From: Macrostomum lignano
Lineage: Eukaryota
DNA: 64,000 nucleotides
Direction: 5' to 3'
Assembly: GCA_002269645.1 (NCBI GenBank)
Contig: NIVC01003438.1
Coordinates: 1 to 64,000 of the forward strand
Position numbers and translations under genes: made by a program. The notes below the pieces were generated by a model. It saw only the letters and a program-made list of their open reading frames with translations. It was not told the origin of the DNA and did no database searches. This document shows positions 1 through 32,068 of this stretch, in pieces (the first letter of the stretch is position 1; each line of letters begins with the position of its first letter).

Positions 1-195
1 GGAGAGGGGCTGAGAGGGGACACAGGGGGGAGGGGCTGAGTGGGGGACACAGTGGGGAGAGGGCTGAGAGGGAGACAGAGGGGAGAGGGGCTGAGAGGGA
101 GACACAAGGGAGAGGGCTGAGAGGGAGACACAGGGGGGAGGGCTGAGAGGGAGACACAGGGGGGGGGGCTGAGAGGGAGACACTGGGACAGGGCG
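1..195. repeat. GA-rich ~28-bp minisatellite (intronic)
   Basis: Repeated gagaggggctgagagggagacacagggg-like units. Confidence 0.8.
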
Positions 196-301
196 AAGAA
201 GGAGACACATACATGTAGGAGGGAGATTCGCATTCAGTTGCAGCCCAAACGCAGCGGGCAGCATGACAAGCAAAAGCAGCAGATCTCAGCAGTCTACTCA
301 C

Positions 302-4994
<4,693 letters not shown>

Positions 4995-5087
4995 GACTGC
5001 TGCTGCTGCTGCTGTTTGGCGACTTGGCGATTCTGAGCTGCGTCTGCGGATAATCGGGTAGTTAGGACTCGAAAAATGCAATGTGGG

Positions 5088-5700
5088 AAGTGGGATTTAG
5101 GATTTGGGAATTGGGATTTGGTAATAGGGATTTGGGATTCAGGATTGGATTTTTCGGGATTTGAGAATTGGGATTCGGGATTTGAGAGTTGGGATTTGGG
5201 ATTTGGGATTCGGGATTTAGGATTTGGGATTCGGATTAGATTTTTGGGATTTGGAAATTGGGATTCGGGATTTGGGATTTGGGATTTGGGATTTAGGAAT
5301 TAGGATTCGGGATTTGGGATTATGGATTTGGGATTTGGGATTTGGGATTCAGGAATTAGGATTTGGGATTCGGGATTGGATTTTTGGGATTTGGAAATTG
5401 GGATTCGGGATTTGGGATTTGGGATTTGGGATTTGGGATTTAGGAATTAGGATTCGGGATTTGGGATTTGGGATTTGGGATTTAGGAATTGAGAAATCGG
5501 ATTTGGCAATTGGGATTTGGGAATTGGGATTTGAGAAATCGGATTAGGCAATTGGGATTTGGGAATTGGGATTTGAGAAATCGGATTAGGCAATTGGGAT
5601 TTTGGATTTTGGATTTTGGATTTGGTAATAGGGATTTGGGAATTGGGATTTGAGAAATGGGATTTGAGAAATGGGATTTGAGAATTTGAATATGGATAGG
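5088..5700. repeat. Degenerate GGGATTT-type simple repeat
   Basis: Irregular gggattt/gggattc/ggaatt units. Confidence 0.88.
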
Positions 5701-6227
5701 AATTTTGGGGTGCAATTTTTGGGATTTAGAAAACCGAATTCAAATTTTGGGTTTGTACTCGTAGTTGGAAATCCAGCTATTGGACTCAAAATTGGGACTT
5801 AAGTTCTGGTATCTGCGTATTCGAATTCGAAATTAAGATTGGAGTTCCGAGATTGGAATTTACACCTGTGTTGTGACCTCGTGCAATTTCGATGCAAGAA
5901 CTCCTATTTTCAAAGCTCGCTGCTTATGCTGCATTTTCATCTGGGGTAAAAGAAAATTAGCATGAAATCCAAAATATTGACAAAAATTGCTGAACTTGTG
6001 CCTGCTGCACTTCCCCTGGCAACCTCTCCGTCACTTCCCGTTCTCCCTCTGACGGGATTTTCTGTGCCTAACAACTGACTTCCGCTTCCTGTCGTCTGCT
6101 TTGACTCTCTTCTCCACCTCTGTCTCCAATCTCCCTCTCTTCCTTCGCCTATCTCATCTCTACTCTCCCTCTCTCACTTCTCCACTCTCAACCCTCTTTT
6201 CTCCACTCTCCACAATTCTCTTCTTCA

Positions 6228-6425
6228 ATCTCACGGCTCTCTCTTCTTCAATCTCATGGCTCTCTCTTCTTCACTCTCATGGCTCTCTCTTCTTCACTCT
6301 CATGGCTCTCTCTTCGTCACTCTCATGGCTCTCTCTTCTTCACTCTCATGGCTCTCTCTTCTTCAATCTCATGGCTCTCTCTTCTTCACTCTCATGGCTC
6401 TCTCTTCTTCACTCTCATGGCTCTT
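6228..6425. repeat. 23-bp pyrimidine-rich minisatellite
   Basis: Unit ctcatggctctctcttcttcact. Confidence 0.85.
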
Positions 6426-7044
6426 TTGTTCCCTCTCCTTATCTCATATCTTCGCTCTCACCTCTCTCTCATCTCTGCTCTCACGCACTCAATTCTACCC
6501 CTCATATTCCATTATCTCTCTTAAAAACTGTAGTTCATCCTCATCTATCTCAACCCCCTCAGTCTCCCCCACATCCCTGGCGCCTGGCAAGCAGAGCTGT
6601 GAAAACCACAAGATGGCTCACGAGGCTGGACTATACAGCGGCTTCACTGGGCTCTCCGGGGACCCGGGGCATCAGCTCTGGCATTTCAAAATGCCGATAA
6701 TCATATGCTGTTGCTTTATACAGTGAGCCATCTTTCTGTTTTGCTGATACACCAGTACACTGAGCCGACTCTGGATGGATTTGAGACTACTTTTCCTGAT
6801 TCATCACATGGGGCAAAGTTTCTCATTTTCTGTAGCAATCACTGCTTTTTACATTTTTTACACTTTACTTCAGATGCCATTGTTTAGAACTCTATGACTG
6901 AGTCTGGGAAAAGACTGCCAAATCTCAGCATCTGGAAGGGACAGTCGCAGGGGAAAATTACGGAATGCAACTGTCTATGGCCAGGCTCGATTCCAAGTGC
7001 AGTCGCATTATTTTGGGGCTAAATTGGAATCTCGGCTTGGGCCA

Positions 7045-7250
7045 ATCCCCAAGGCACAGGGAAGTGAACATGCTTAGCGATTAAGGTAAAGTTAGGGCCG
7101 CTGTACACTCCTGTGTGATTTTGTGCCTGTGTGTGTGCCTCTCAGAGGCGTCGGCGGAGTGGGCAGTAATGGCTCTCGCCGGTTAAAGTGTGACAATGTC
7201 GCTTAAAGTGCGCCAGGGAGCCCCTGCCTCTTTATCTAAAAAAGTCAAAG
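7045..7250 (+). mobile_element. Dispersed non-autonomous repeat (unclassified); related copies at ~22575-22670 (+) and ~30410-30520 (-)
   Basis: cccaaggcacag...gggccgctgtacactcc(t/c)gtgtg is shared with 22575-22670. The segment ggcagtaatggctctcgcc...gtcgcttaaagtgcgccaggg matches the reverse complement of 30410-30520. Confidence 0.55.
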
Positions 7251-8865
7251 GCCAGCCCTTAGCTGCGAAAACTTCAGCGAAAGCAGATTTAGAGACCAAT
7301 TGGCTTTCATTTCAACGGGTGCGTGGTACACTAATCTGGGCGGAAAGACAAGAAATACAAAGGAGAAAAACTTAAGAGACAAAAAAGGGCTCACGAGAAG
7401 CAGAACTCCTGTTTGCAAAGGAATTGCACTATTATAACTCAACAAACTGCTTATTGACTGCAGGCAGGCGCGGGGAGAAGGAAGCCAGAAGGCGACTCAA
7501 AGAGAGGAGGCTGCGATTTTGGGGTGGGCGGTCGCAGTATTCGCTGCAAGTTTCCCCTATAAATGCAATCATTTTGCTGCATCAGCTGCTGCCCCGCCTA
7601 AGTCGCACCTGGGCCTGCACTGCAGCCTCCCCACCTACCCGACTGAGGTGACTGAGGAATCTGGCGAGAGAGAGGGACGCAGGGAGAGAGAGAGACGGCA
7701 AGAGAAACCGTTGCCATGGAGAAGTGTATTTGGCAAACACGCGCTAGACTGGATTATTGTATATTTAACGGGCAGGCGGGGGGTGGCAGCTGGGATGGCC
7801 TAAAAGTCTAAACTGCTTTTGAACATGCCGGGTGGGCAGCGGGACCTGCCTATTCTGTGAGGGAAAGTTGTTTCAGAGAAAAAGATTTCCGGACCAGCCT
7901 GTTTACTGCGATGTGGGAAGAAACTTACGCAAAAAATATTTATCGGCGTCTGAAGCAAGGAGTGACTTTGCCGCGGCAGTAGCTCACGGCTGCTCTTCAG
8001 CAGTGTAGCTGCCTCAGTCTCCGGTTGGCTGCCCTGCAGACGGCTGAGAGAGTTTTATTGAAAACAGAGTCACCCCAGGGGCTGTCAGCCTATCAAACTG
8101 TCAAAGTGTCCGCCGGTTGCAGTCGGAGCCCCGGAGCAGCGGCTGGGCTTTCATAGGCTTCGGCGACGCACGATTTGCGAGGCCTGGGGTGGGGGGACCG
8201 CCGCCAGGACTGGCTCTGGCGGTGTCCAACCCCAGGCCTCGAATTCAACAACAGCCGACCGACCCTGCCTCAGCTGCATTTGCTCAGAGGGCGTCCTGCA
8301 GTCCCCCCCCCCCACAGTTCTCCCTCACCCCATGGGAGCGGACAGAATGGCCGAGAGAAGGGCGGCGGACCTGGAGGGGTGGCGAAGGCGAAACGGGGGA
8401 ATTGTGTCGCAGCTCGCGTCAAAAGGAAAATAAGGAGATGAGGGAGAGCCGGGAGCAGGCTGATGGTGATGATAGCAGCATAGAAGAGCAGATTCTCTTC
8501 AGTAAAAAATCCACTGAGCTGTCTTGAACCGCGTGTGCTCTGCTCCAGCTCTCCCTTTCCCTGCTGTCTTTCTTGCCTTTTCAAACTGAAACAGCAGAAG
8601 AAATCAATTCATCAAAGAAAGCCACCGAACGGACGGCAGCTGCGCCGCAATGATGGGGCAGCGGGCAGATCTCAGGCTAGGAATATTGCAGAAAATTCTC
8701 TTTGCGATGCCAGATTCGCGTCTGATTGCGCCTTTGACTATACCGTACCTGAGCGGGATTCGATTTTGGAAAATAATTATAATTTTCAACTACATTAAAT
8801 ATTCCTTGGAATTTTGAGCATTTACATTTTGATGACCAATTTGATAAGTTTCAATCATATTGCCG

Positions 8866-9207
8866 CCTCAATCACCCTCCACTGCTTCCCTCTATCCCCT
8901 TCGCAATCACCCTCCACTGCTGCCTTCTCTCCCCTCCGCAATCACCCTCCACTGCTGCCCTCTCTCCCCTCCGCAATCACCCTCCACTGCTGCCCTCTCT
9001 CCCCTCCGCAATCACCCTCCACTGCTGCCCTCTCTCCCCTCCGCAATCACCCTCCACTGCTGCCCTCTCTCCCCTCCGCAATCACCCTCCACTGCTGCCC
9101 TCTCTCCCCTCCGCAATCACCCTCCACTGCTGCCCTCTCTCCCCTCCGCAATCACCCTCCACTGCTGCCCTCTCTCCCCTCCTCAATTACCCTCCACTGC
9201 TGCCCTA
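8866..9207. repeat. 35-bp minisatellite, ~9-10 copies
   Basis: Unit aatcaccctccactgctgccctctctcccctccgc; period 35. Confidence 0.92.
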
Positions 9208-11186
9208 GCAGTGATAACAGTGTGGTCACTCCTTCTCAAGCACCGTATCCTTAATCTCCAATACGAAGCCAGCACCTTGAGCATAAACAGCCAGGATCCC
9301 GATGCAGAGCGACCCGTTCCCAAGGATTAAAATTGTTTGGATGAATAATAGTGAGGGGACTCGGCAAGCTGCTCCTAGAGACACACGAGTGCCCGCTCGA
9401 AACCCAGCACAAGGAAGGAAGCAGGATGCATGGGGGCAGGAGTCCAGCACAACGAAGGCCTCGCAGCTCGGGTTCTCACACAGCTTGAGTCCACGCGCTT
9501 TAATCCCCCACCCCCCTCCCCCCAAGGGTCGCCCAGCTTGCCATATTTGCAAGTGAGTGATTTTCTACTTTTTTCAGCGTCAGTGCATGCAGGAGTCGCA
9601 GATTCGAGTTCCGGACTGACGCTCTGAGGCTGCAATCCCCTGAATATAATATTGCATACTCACTCCTTGTGATTAGTTTCATATTAAAAATAAAAGTTTT
9701 TCGCGCACCTTTGTTAATTAAGAGTCAGCAGACATCGGTGGCCGAGCCTTGATCCCGGCCAGAGCTTCGGCCATGCAGGTAAAAATAGAGCTGGGCCGTA
9801 TGCTCGAGAGAGAGAGAGAGACAGGTGGACAGGCCGGACACTGTGGAGGATGCTGAGAGCCGGGGGAGATGGGGCACGTTCCCGCTAACTAATTAGGCAG
9901 GTAGGCTGGCAGGCAGGCAGTGTGTAAAAAGCAGCCGAGGACTGAGCAGGAAGCCAGAAGGGAGCTGGTTGGGGAAAGTTTGCCTGAAGGCAGCTGCGCT
10001 GAGCAGGGGACTCCGGAGCAGGGGCAGGGGGTGAGCAGCAGCTGACCAGCTTGAATCCTGCCGCGGGTACTTCGGGGAATGAAAGCATTGCAAAAAGGCA
10101 GGCTAAGAAAAAGTATACTGCCTGCTGCATAGAAAACAAGTTGAATTTATTCTCTGCGAATTCGACAAAGTGGTTGAATTTCAGTGTGTGAAGCTCAACA
10201 CGTCCTTCTTTGATCGACAACCGTCAAAAAATGCGCAGGGCATAAGCGGGTAGATTAAGTCATTAACGGGAGGGGTTGGGTGCAGATAAGAGAAGGAGGG
10301 GTGGGGTGCCCGACAGAGGAAAGAGGCAAGAGCGAACAGCCAATCAGAAGGCAGTGAGGGAGAGAGATAAGATTTACTGGGTTGAACTGGACAGAGAGAG
10401 AGAGAAAACAGAGACGAGTGCAGATGAACTGAAGGACTGACTAAGAAATCCGCGACAGCGATATGTGAGCTGCAGCTCTGCTCTCCAATATCCATAAATT
10501 TAAATTTGTACTTTTTTCAAATAATCGCTTATGCATGCACAGAGGCAGCTAATTGTGCAGGTATCCGGGCTTATAAATCTTTTCGCTGAGCACAGCAACT
10601 CGGTACTGCAGGGCTCTACAGATATAGCTAGATTCCCCCAGACCGGTAAACCAGTAGCTATAAACCGTGCTGTCCTCAATTATTAATGAGCACACGAGTA
10701 GCGAGGACTAAAAGCAGGGTTGGCTACATTAGCTATGGAGAACTGCATGTCTGTCCTACCTGAGGACTGCGTGCAGTAAAAGAGGGGGAACCGGACAGCA
10801 GGTGAGATAAAGAATGCGATGCGGCTTCAGTAGTTATACGGGAGATCGGAGCCTGGCTCGCGCCCCTCTGACTCTGTTCTCAACGCTCCTTCGTTCGTAA
10901 TCTTTTCTTCATTCTTCAACTGGAATATTTCAATAACGGATTCGACAGCCTTTGTTCCCGTGAATCCCGATCGTCATGTGGCAAAGCACGATCCTTTGAT
11001 GAAGATTTCTAATCAAAGGTCAGCGAGTAGTTATTTGGGGTGTATATGAAATTTCAAGACTCGAATGCCCTTTCCCAACTTTTTTATACGATGCCAGCGC
11101 TTTTGGGGAAAGGTCAATTTAACTGTTTACTTGTACAGTTACATACCCACAATACAATGTAATTTATTTATTTAACTGTGTATGTC

Positions 11187-11755
11187 CAAGGCCGTCGCCA
11201 CCGGAAGGGGGGCAGGGGGCCGGACATGCCCCCGTCCCAGTAAAAGCTATGGGGGAACATGCCAATGCTTTGTCACCCCACCCCACTGTGTGACCGCGGT
11301 TCTTCAAATCATTTTTTGTCTGCGGTGCCAAAAAGAGTGCCTGCAGCGCCAAAATGAGTGTATGCGGCGCTAAAATGAGTGCCTGCGGCGCTAAAATGAG
11401 TGCCTGCGGCGCTAAAATGAGTGCCTGCGGCGCTAAAATGAGTGCCTGCGGCGCTAAAATGAGTGTCTGCGGCGCCAAAAAGAGTGCCTGCGGCGCCAAA
11501 ATGAGTGCCTGCGGTGCCAAAATGAGTGCCTGCGGTGCCAAAATGAGTGCCTGCGGCGCTAAAATGAGTGCCTGCGGCGCTAAAATGAGTGCCTGCGGCG
11601 CTAAAATCAGTGCCTGCGGCGCTCAAATGAGTGCCTGCGGCGCTAAAATCAGTGCCTGCGGCGCTAAAATGAGTGCCTGCGGCGCTAAAATGAGTGCCTG
11701 CGGCGCTAAAATCAGTGCCTACGGCGCCAAAATGAGTGCCTGCGGCGCTAAAATA
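11187..11755. mobile_element. Second copy of the 21-bp-array MITE family, apparently missing its right terminus
   Basis: Starts caaggccgtcgcca. Shares atgccaatgctttgtc and the tgagtgcctgcggcgctaaaa array with 3307-3705. Confidence 0.62.
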
Positions 11756-12451
11756 AGTCTGTCTGTCTATGCATGTCTCAGTGCTTGGTCTGTCTGTCTC
11801 TGCCGATCCACAGTGAAAATCTCATGCAGTTGAATCGCTCGCAGTTGGGATAAGCGACAATTCATTAACAATTTGCTGAATCGGCCAGAGTTTGCGGCTG
11901 AAATCTGGGACAATTCAACAGCAGATACAAGCCAGAATAGTGCACTCGCTAATAAAAAGGAATAATCCGATATAGAGGGGATCTCGCGTGGCCGGACAGG
12001 AGCTCTCAGCCCCTCTCCGTCCCCCAGGGGGAATTTCCTGGACCAAGGAACGAACTGTGGCCACGCAGGCAGACAGCCACGCAATCGGGCCATGATGAAC
12101 ATCTCAGCCTGCAGGCCGTCGCATCCGATTGTCCTCAATCACGGACCGATAGACAGCTCGGTCTGGGCAGCCACTCAGCGGCCCAGAGCAGTGCAGCAAT
12201 AATTGCGCTTACAGCCTATGGAAATGAATATGCCTAGAGAGATAGATTTTTTAATAGCTGGCTCGAGGCAAGGCAATCCTGGGCTGAGCAGTCGGCCTCG
12301 GAGATAAAGACAGAATTCGACTGCAATTAAGCGAATGCCGAATCGCCTTGTCGCTTTGTGTGTGTGCGTCACTGCATGTAAGAATCGATGCTAGTGTTCC
12401 TTTTACTAAATGACTGAAATTTTGCATGTAAGATATCCATGAATGAGGGTG

Positions 12452-13207
12452 AAATGAAGAATCAGCAGTCCCTGAATGCAGAGCGGAATGAAGAATCAGC
12501 AGTCCCTGAATGCAGAGCGGAATGGAGAATCAGCAGTCCCTGAATGCAGAGCGGAATGGAGAATCAGCAGTCCCTGAATGCAGAGCGGAATGAGGAATCA
12601 GCAGTCCCTGAATGCAGAGCGGAATGAAGAATCAGCAGTCCCTGAATGCAGAGCGGAATGAAGAATCAGCAGTCCCTGAATGCAGAGCGGAATGGTTAAT
12701 CAGCAGTCCCTGAATGCAGAGCGGAATAGTTAATCAGCAGTCCCTGAATGCAGAGCGGAATGAAGAATCAGCAGTCCCTGAATGCAGAGCGGAATGGTTA
12801 ATCAGCAGTCCCTGAATGCAGAGCGGAATAGTTAATCAGCAGTCCCTGAATGCAGAGCGGAATGGAGAATCAGCAGTCCCTGAATGCAGAGGGGAATGGA
12901 GAATCAGCAGTCCCTGAATGCAGAGGGGAATGAAGAATCAGCAGTCCCTGAATGCAGAGCGGAATGGAGAATCAGCAGTCCCTGAATGCAGAGCGGAATG
13001 GAGAATCAGCAGTCCCTGAATGCAGAGGGGAATGAAGAATCAGCAGTCCCTGAATGCAGAGCGGAATGGAGAATCAGCAGTCCCTGAATGCAGAGGGGAA
13101 TGAAGAATCAGCAGTCCCTGAATGCAGAGCGGAATGGAGAATCAGCAGTCCCTGAATGCAGAGGGGAATGAAGAATCAGCAGTCCCTGAATGCAGAGGGG
13201 AATGAAG
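12452..13207. repeat. 34-bp minisatellite, ~22 copies
   Basis: Unit gaagaatcagcagtccctgaatgcagagcggaat; period 34. Confidence 0.95.
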
Positions 13208-14227
13208 AAGCTGTCCACCTGAGCCAGGAAAACAATCCAAGCAACAGGATGAAGTGCTGAAATGTAATTTCTCCAGTCCCGTATTGAAGCTGAGGCCAAT
13301 ATTACAGTTTTAGCGCCATGAGCGGTCCACGGGGCGGTCATTTCGGGGCCTGAAAGCGGCAACAACAGCCCAAATTAGAACGCGGAAGAGCGATATTCTA
13401 GCGCCCAGATGCATATAGCAGTGCCAGGTCCCGCAGCTGAACACTTTAATAAACAGATCGGAATTCATACGCACGCAAATTAGACAAACTGGGGACAACA
13501 TGGGCCTAAAAATAAACTGACTCGGCTTTTAATTGCCAAGCGAAACACTGCAGCAAGCCGTATCTTGCAGCCAAAGACAATTTTGGCTAATTGGCTGAAA
13601 AGCCAATAAAAGGGCCACTTTGAAGTTCCATTTAGCTTCGCAGTCGCTTAAAATTCGAATCCCCCACTTCTGTGACAAATATAAGGATGGGAATAGAAAA
13701 ATGAAAACAAAAAGCAGAATTTTAGCATCGTCATTTACAAAACTTGAAATAAATTGAATTATTATTAATGCAACAATACACAAGATATTACAAAATGATA
13801 AGCGATTTTTTACAGAGCAGATAGAAAAATAACAGAAAAAGCACCTTATACTACTGCAAGGCAGCAGATAGCAGTGATTAGTTAGTAGAAAAATGCTGGA
13901 CATAAAAAATAAAGTTGTATATAATGCATTACCGAGTTTATAAATGTTAGAAAAAATTATTAATTCCATAAACAAAAATAAAGAAAAAATACTACTGACT
14001 TGGTTTTGAAATGTTAGTAGTGCAGACAGCGACTCGACATCCCGTCAGACATTTATCTCATCGAAAAACTCTTGACAAGCGGCATAGGCTCCGGTGAGGA
14101 AAAACGTTCGGTCCTGGTTAATCCTCTCTGCCAACCGGGACTGCAGAGCCTGGCAACTGGAATTAATGACAATTATGATTTATTATTATGTTGTTGAAAA
14201 TTTTATGATCTACCATTAGAACTATGA

Positions 14228-15124
14228 TCAATCATGAGTCACCATGACCCAGTGACTGGTTACAGCATGGTGCTCAATCATGAGTCACAATGACCCAGTG
14301 ACTGATTACAGCATGGTGCTCAATCATGAGTCACAATGACCCAGTGACTGGTTACAGCATGGTGCTCAATCATGAGTCACAATGACCCAGTGACTGATTA
14401 CAGCATGGTGCTCAATCATGAGTCACAATGACCCAGTGACTGGTTACAGCATGGTGCTCAATCATGAGTCACAATGACCCAGTGACTGGTTACAGCATGG
14501 TGCTCAATCATGAGTCACAATGACCCAGTGACTGATTACAGCATGGTGCTCAATCATGAGTCACAATGACCCAGTGACTGGTTACAGCATGGTGCTCAAT
14601 CATGAGTCACAATGACCCAGTGACTGGTTACAGCATGGTGCTCAATCATGAGTCACAATGACCCAGTGACTGGTTACAGCATGGTGCTCAATCATGAGTC
14701 ACAATGACCCAGTGACTGGTTACAGCATGGTGCTCAATCATGAGTCACAATGACCCAGTGACTGATTACAGCATGGTGCTCAATCATGAGTCACAATGAC
14801 CCAGTGACTGATTACAGCATGGTGCTCAATCATGAGTCACAATGACCCAGTGACTGGTTACAGCATGGTGCTCAATCATGAGTCACAATGACCCAGTGAC
14901 TGATTACAGCATGGTGCTCAATCATGAGTCACAATGACCCAGTGACTGGTTACAGCATGGTGCTCAATCATGAGTCACAATGACCCAGTGACTGGTTACA
15001 GCATGGTGCTCAATCATGAGTCACAATCACCCAGTGACTGGTTACAGCATGGTGCTCAATCATGAGTCACAATGACCCAGTGACTGGTTACAGCATGGTG
15101 CTCAATCATGAGTCACAATGACCC
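14228..15124. repeat. 46-bp minisatellite, ~19-20 copies, immediately 3' of the KNL1-like stop codon
   Basis: Unit atcatgagtcacaatgacccagtgactggttacagcatggtgctca; period 46. Confidence 0.95.
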
Positions 15125-15139
15125 AAGCCGCACAGCAAC

Positions 15140-28983
<13,844 letters not shown>

Positions 28984-31233
28984 GGCTGATTAATGTTTAT
29001 CAGTGCTAAAAAACTGTAATGAGAAATTTTGTCACTTAAGATTTTCTTTATCCAAGAGCAGTTAATAACAATGACATTGTTTTTGTCAGACAATATTATA
29101 TATAGAAAAAATGATGCATATATTTAAGTCTTTGTCAAAATCATAATGCCATTTGGCATAATGACATCAAAACTGAAAATTTGTTATGCCATTTTCAATT
29201 TTGACATGCCATTAGCATAAAATGTAAAATAACACTTTGTGAGCCCATATTACTGTTTCCTTTCAAGGTAATACTTGAACAAGTTTAAAAGCAAAACTAA
29301 AATTTGGAATTGGGGATTTAGCATTGGCAATGGCATAATGGCATAATGGCAAAAAATTGTTATGCCATTTTGGCATAAAAGCATCAAAATCATTATGCTC
29401 TTTTTTAATTTTGATAGCATGCCTATAACATAAAAAACCTAGGCATATATTAATACAAAATACAAATTAATAAAAAAACAAAAACATGAAAATAGTTCTT
29501 AGACAAGACAAAAAAGCTTAGCTACCATATCATCTTATAAAATAAGATATATAATAAACAGTTATGATATCAGTTGAGAAAACTATATATGCCTAACCTT
29601 GGGAATCACATGGCCATTTCTAATGGCAATATACATATGTAAATTGCTATTGGCTATCATTTGACATATTTTGTCTTGTGTGTTGCTAATAGAAACAGCC
29701 AAGTTAATTCTTAGGTTACAACCAAACATAGAGAAATTTCTATAATTAAGCAATAATGAAAATAAACTTAGTAAATCGTCTTATATATTCTGTTGTACTT
29801 TTGACTTTCAAGAAGGGTGCGCCTACAAGGGTCAGAGTATGCAGGCCCATGCTGGCCTACGTTAGTGTGCGAGTGTACACATGGGACCCTAAGTCTGGGC
29901 TCTGGGGTATCAGGATGCACCCAAATGGCTGGCACACATATAGGGACACTGATGTCAATCACCTTTAGCAGGGCATCACGGTGCATGAGCTGGCATCTAC
30001 ATACAATGGGCTTACAGTACAGGGTGGTCCCTGGCTGACTACCCGGCCTAGTCCCCCCTTAGTTGGCCTTAGGACACACAGACTGCCCCTGCTATAGCCC
30101 CCAAAATGAAAGAGACAAGATAGTGACTTACTTCATGTACAGCTTGCCTTTGTGCATGCGGTCAATTAATTGCAGCTAAAGTCTGTTCACAGCTAGCAGA
30201 CATATGGCATAGGCATCGAAGTTCAAAGAAAATTGTTTGAGTTGTTTTTTGCTGAAATCGATCACACACACATGCACACACACAGACAGACCCTATTTGG
30301 TATATGGATAAGGGATAAAAAAGCAAAGAATTACATATTCCTTGGCCTATTATTGTTTGGCAGATTGGTATGGGCATAGAAATTGTTTAAGTTTATTTTT
30401 TATTAGAGGCAGGGGGTTGTGTGCACCCTGACGCACTTTAAGCGACATAGGCACACAACCGGCGGGCGGCGAGAGGCATTACTGCCCATTCCGCCGACTC
30501 CCCTGAGCAGGCACACAAGCGCGCGGATATACAAAATTACAGAAAGTTATATAATAAATTGTTATTATAGAAGTGTCTTTTTGCAGAAATGAATATAACC
30601 CTATATAGTCGACTATATAGGCCTAGTCTATAGACAAAATGCGTTAAACCTAGGCCTACGAAATGTTTAAAATTGAGGATACAAATTTTTAGAACTTTAT
30701 AAGTTTATTACTTGACCAATTTTTATAAGTAAGGGGTCTTCATACTTATGCAAATGAGATTTATCAGATGAATTAGAAATATACAAAAAATAATAATCAA
30801 AATTTCGCTCACAATCCTCATAGGCTAATGCTAGATAGATCTAAGCACGCGTCGCGAGTCCTAGTGCTACTTGACATGTTTCTAGGATTAGAATTTTTAC
30901 TTTTTTTAATATAGAAAAACAACTTTTTTACTTTTAGTGTGTACCACACATTTCTTTTACTGACCTATTAAAAATTTTAGAATAAATAATTTTATTGCTT
31001 TACAAAACATTATAAAAAATAAAATAATGATCATACCTTTATATCGAAGAGTTAGGGTTTAATTTAAAAATACTGCATCATTTTTAAAGCGCTTTAAATA
31101 AACTTTAAAAAGTGTACACTGAGCAAAGCTTCAGACAAAGCAAATATACTCTTAAGACATATGAAAGGAGTCTATTGATTTGCATCACAATAATTTTGAA
31201 TGCCTCTCAATGGCTAGGCCTAGTTATAATATC

Positions 31234-31707
31234 GTTATATTGCTTATTCATCTTCTAAAATTAAAGTTATTCATCTTACCATTCTTACCATAGTTATTCA
31301 TTTAACAACTATTTTAGATTATAAAATTTTTATCACTTCTAGCTTAAACTCAATTTGTGTCTTCTTAAAGCAATTTAATACTATTAATAAAATAGCTTAG
31401 TCCTAATTAATCCAGTAATTAATTAATTGGTTTTATTTAAATTAATTATGATTAGATTATCCTATTTATTATAATATTGTTATATTGCTTATTCATCTAT
31501 TCTATAATTAAGGTTATTCATCTTACCATTATTATAATAGTTATTCATTCAACAACTATTTTAAATTATAATATTTTTATCACTTCTAGCTTAAATTTGA
31601 TTTTGTATCTTCCTAAAACAATTTAATTCTATAAAATAGCTTAGTCCTAATTAATCCATTAATTAATTAATTGGTTTTAATAAAATTAATATTGATTAGA
31701 TTATCCT
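31234..31707. repeat. Tandem duplication of a ~230-250-bp very AT-rich segment
   Basis: gttatattgcttattcatct...gattagattatcct occurs at ~31234-31462 and ~31480-31707 with scattered substitutions. Confidence 0.85.
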
Positions 31708-32068
31708 AATTAAGAAATAAATAGCCAAGACTATATTTTAAATTTTTCTATAACCAAAATTTTCTTGTATCAATATCTAGATCTAGACTATAGCTAATTA
31801 ACTCATGTAGTAACTTTCTATAACTATTGACAATATAAAATCCAATGGCAGCAAGTCCTATATTATCATTAAGTATGGAGTATAAGAAAGTTAAGAATGA
31901 TTTAAATTTCATTTAAATTTAGTGTACAAAAAACTATATTCATTTTAGCTTTAGCCCTAGCCCCCCAACCAGGCAGAGATTAAAAATCTCTGTTGCTTGA
32001 GTTATCTTAATATATGAATAAGTTATAACATTTTCAGATATGAGTTATCAACAGAAATGGATTAAATA

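Noticed and set aside
5088-5700. Telomere-like array
   Set aside because: Irregular GGGATTT/GGAATT units rather than TTAGGG, and internal; treated as a simple repeat
12452-15124. 34-bp and 46-bp arrays as possible CRISPR arrays
   Set aside because: Head-to-tail units with no unique spacers, no cas genes, eukaryotic context
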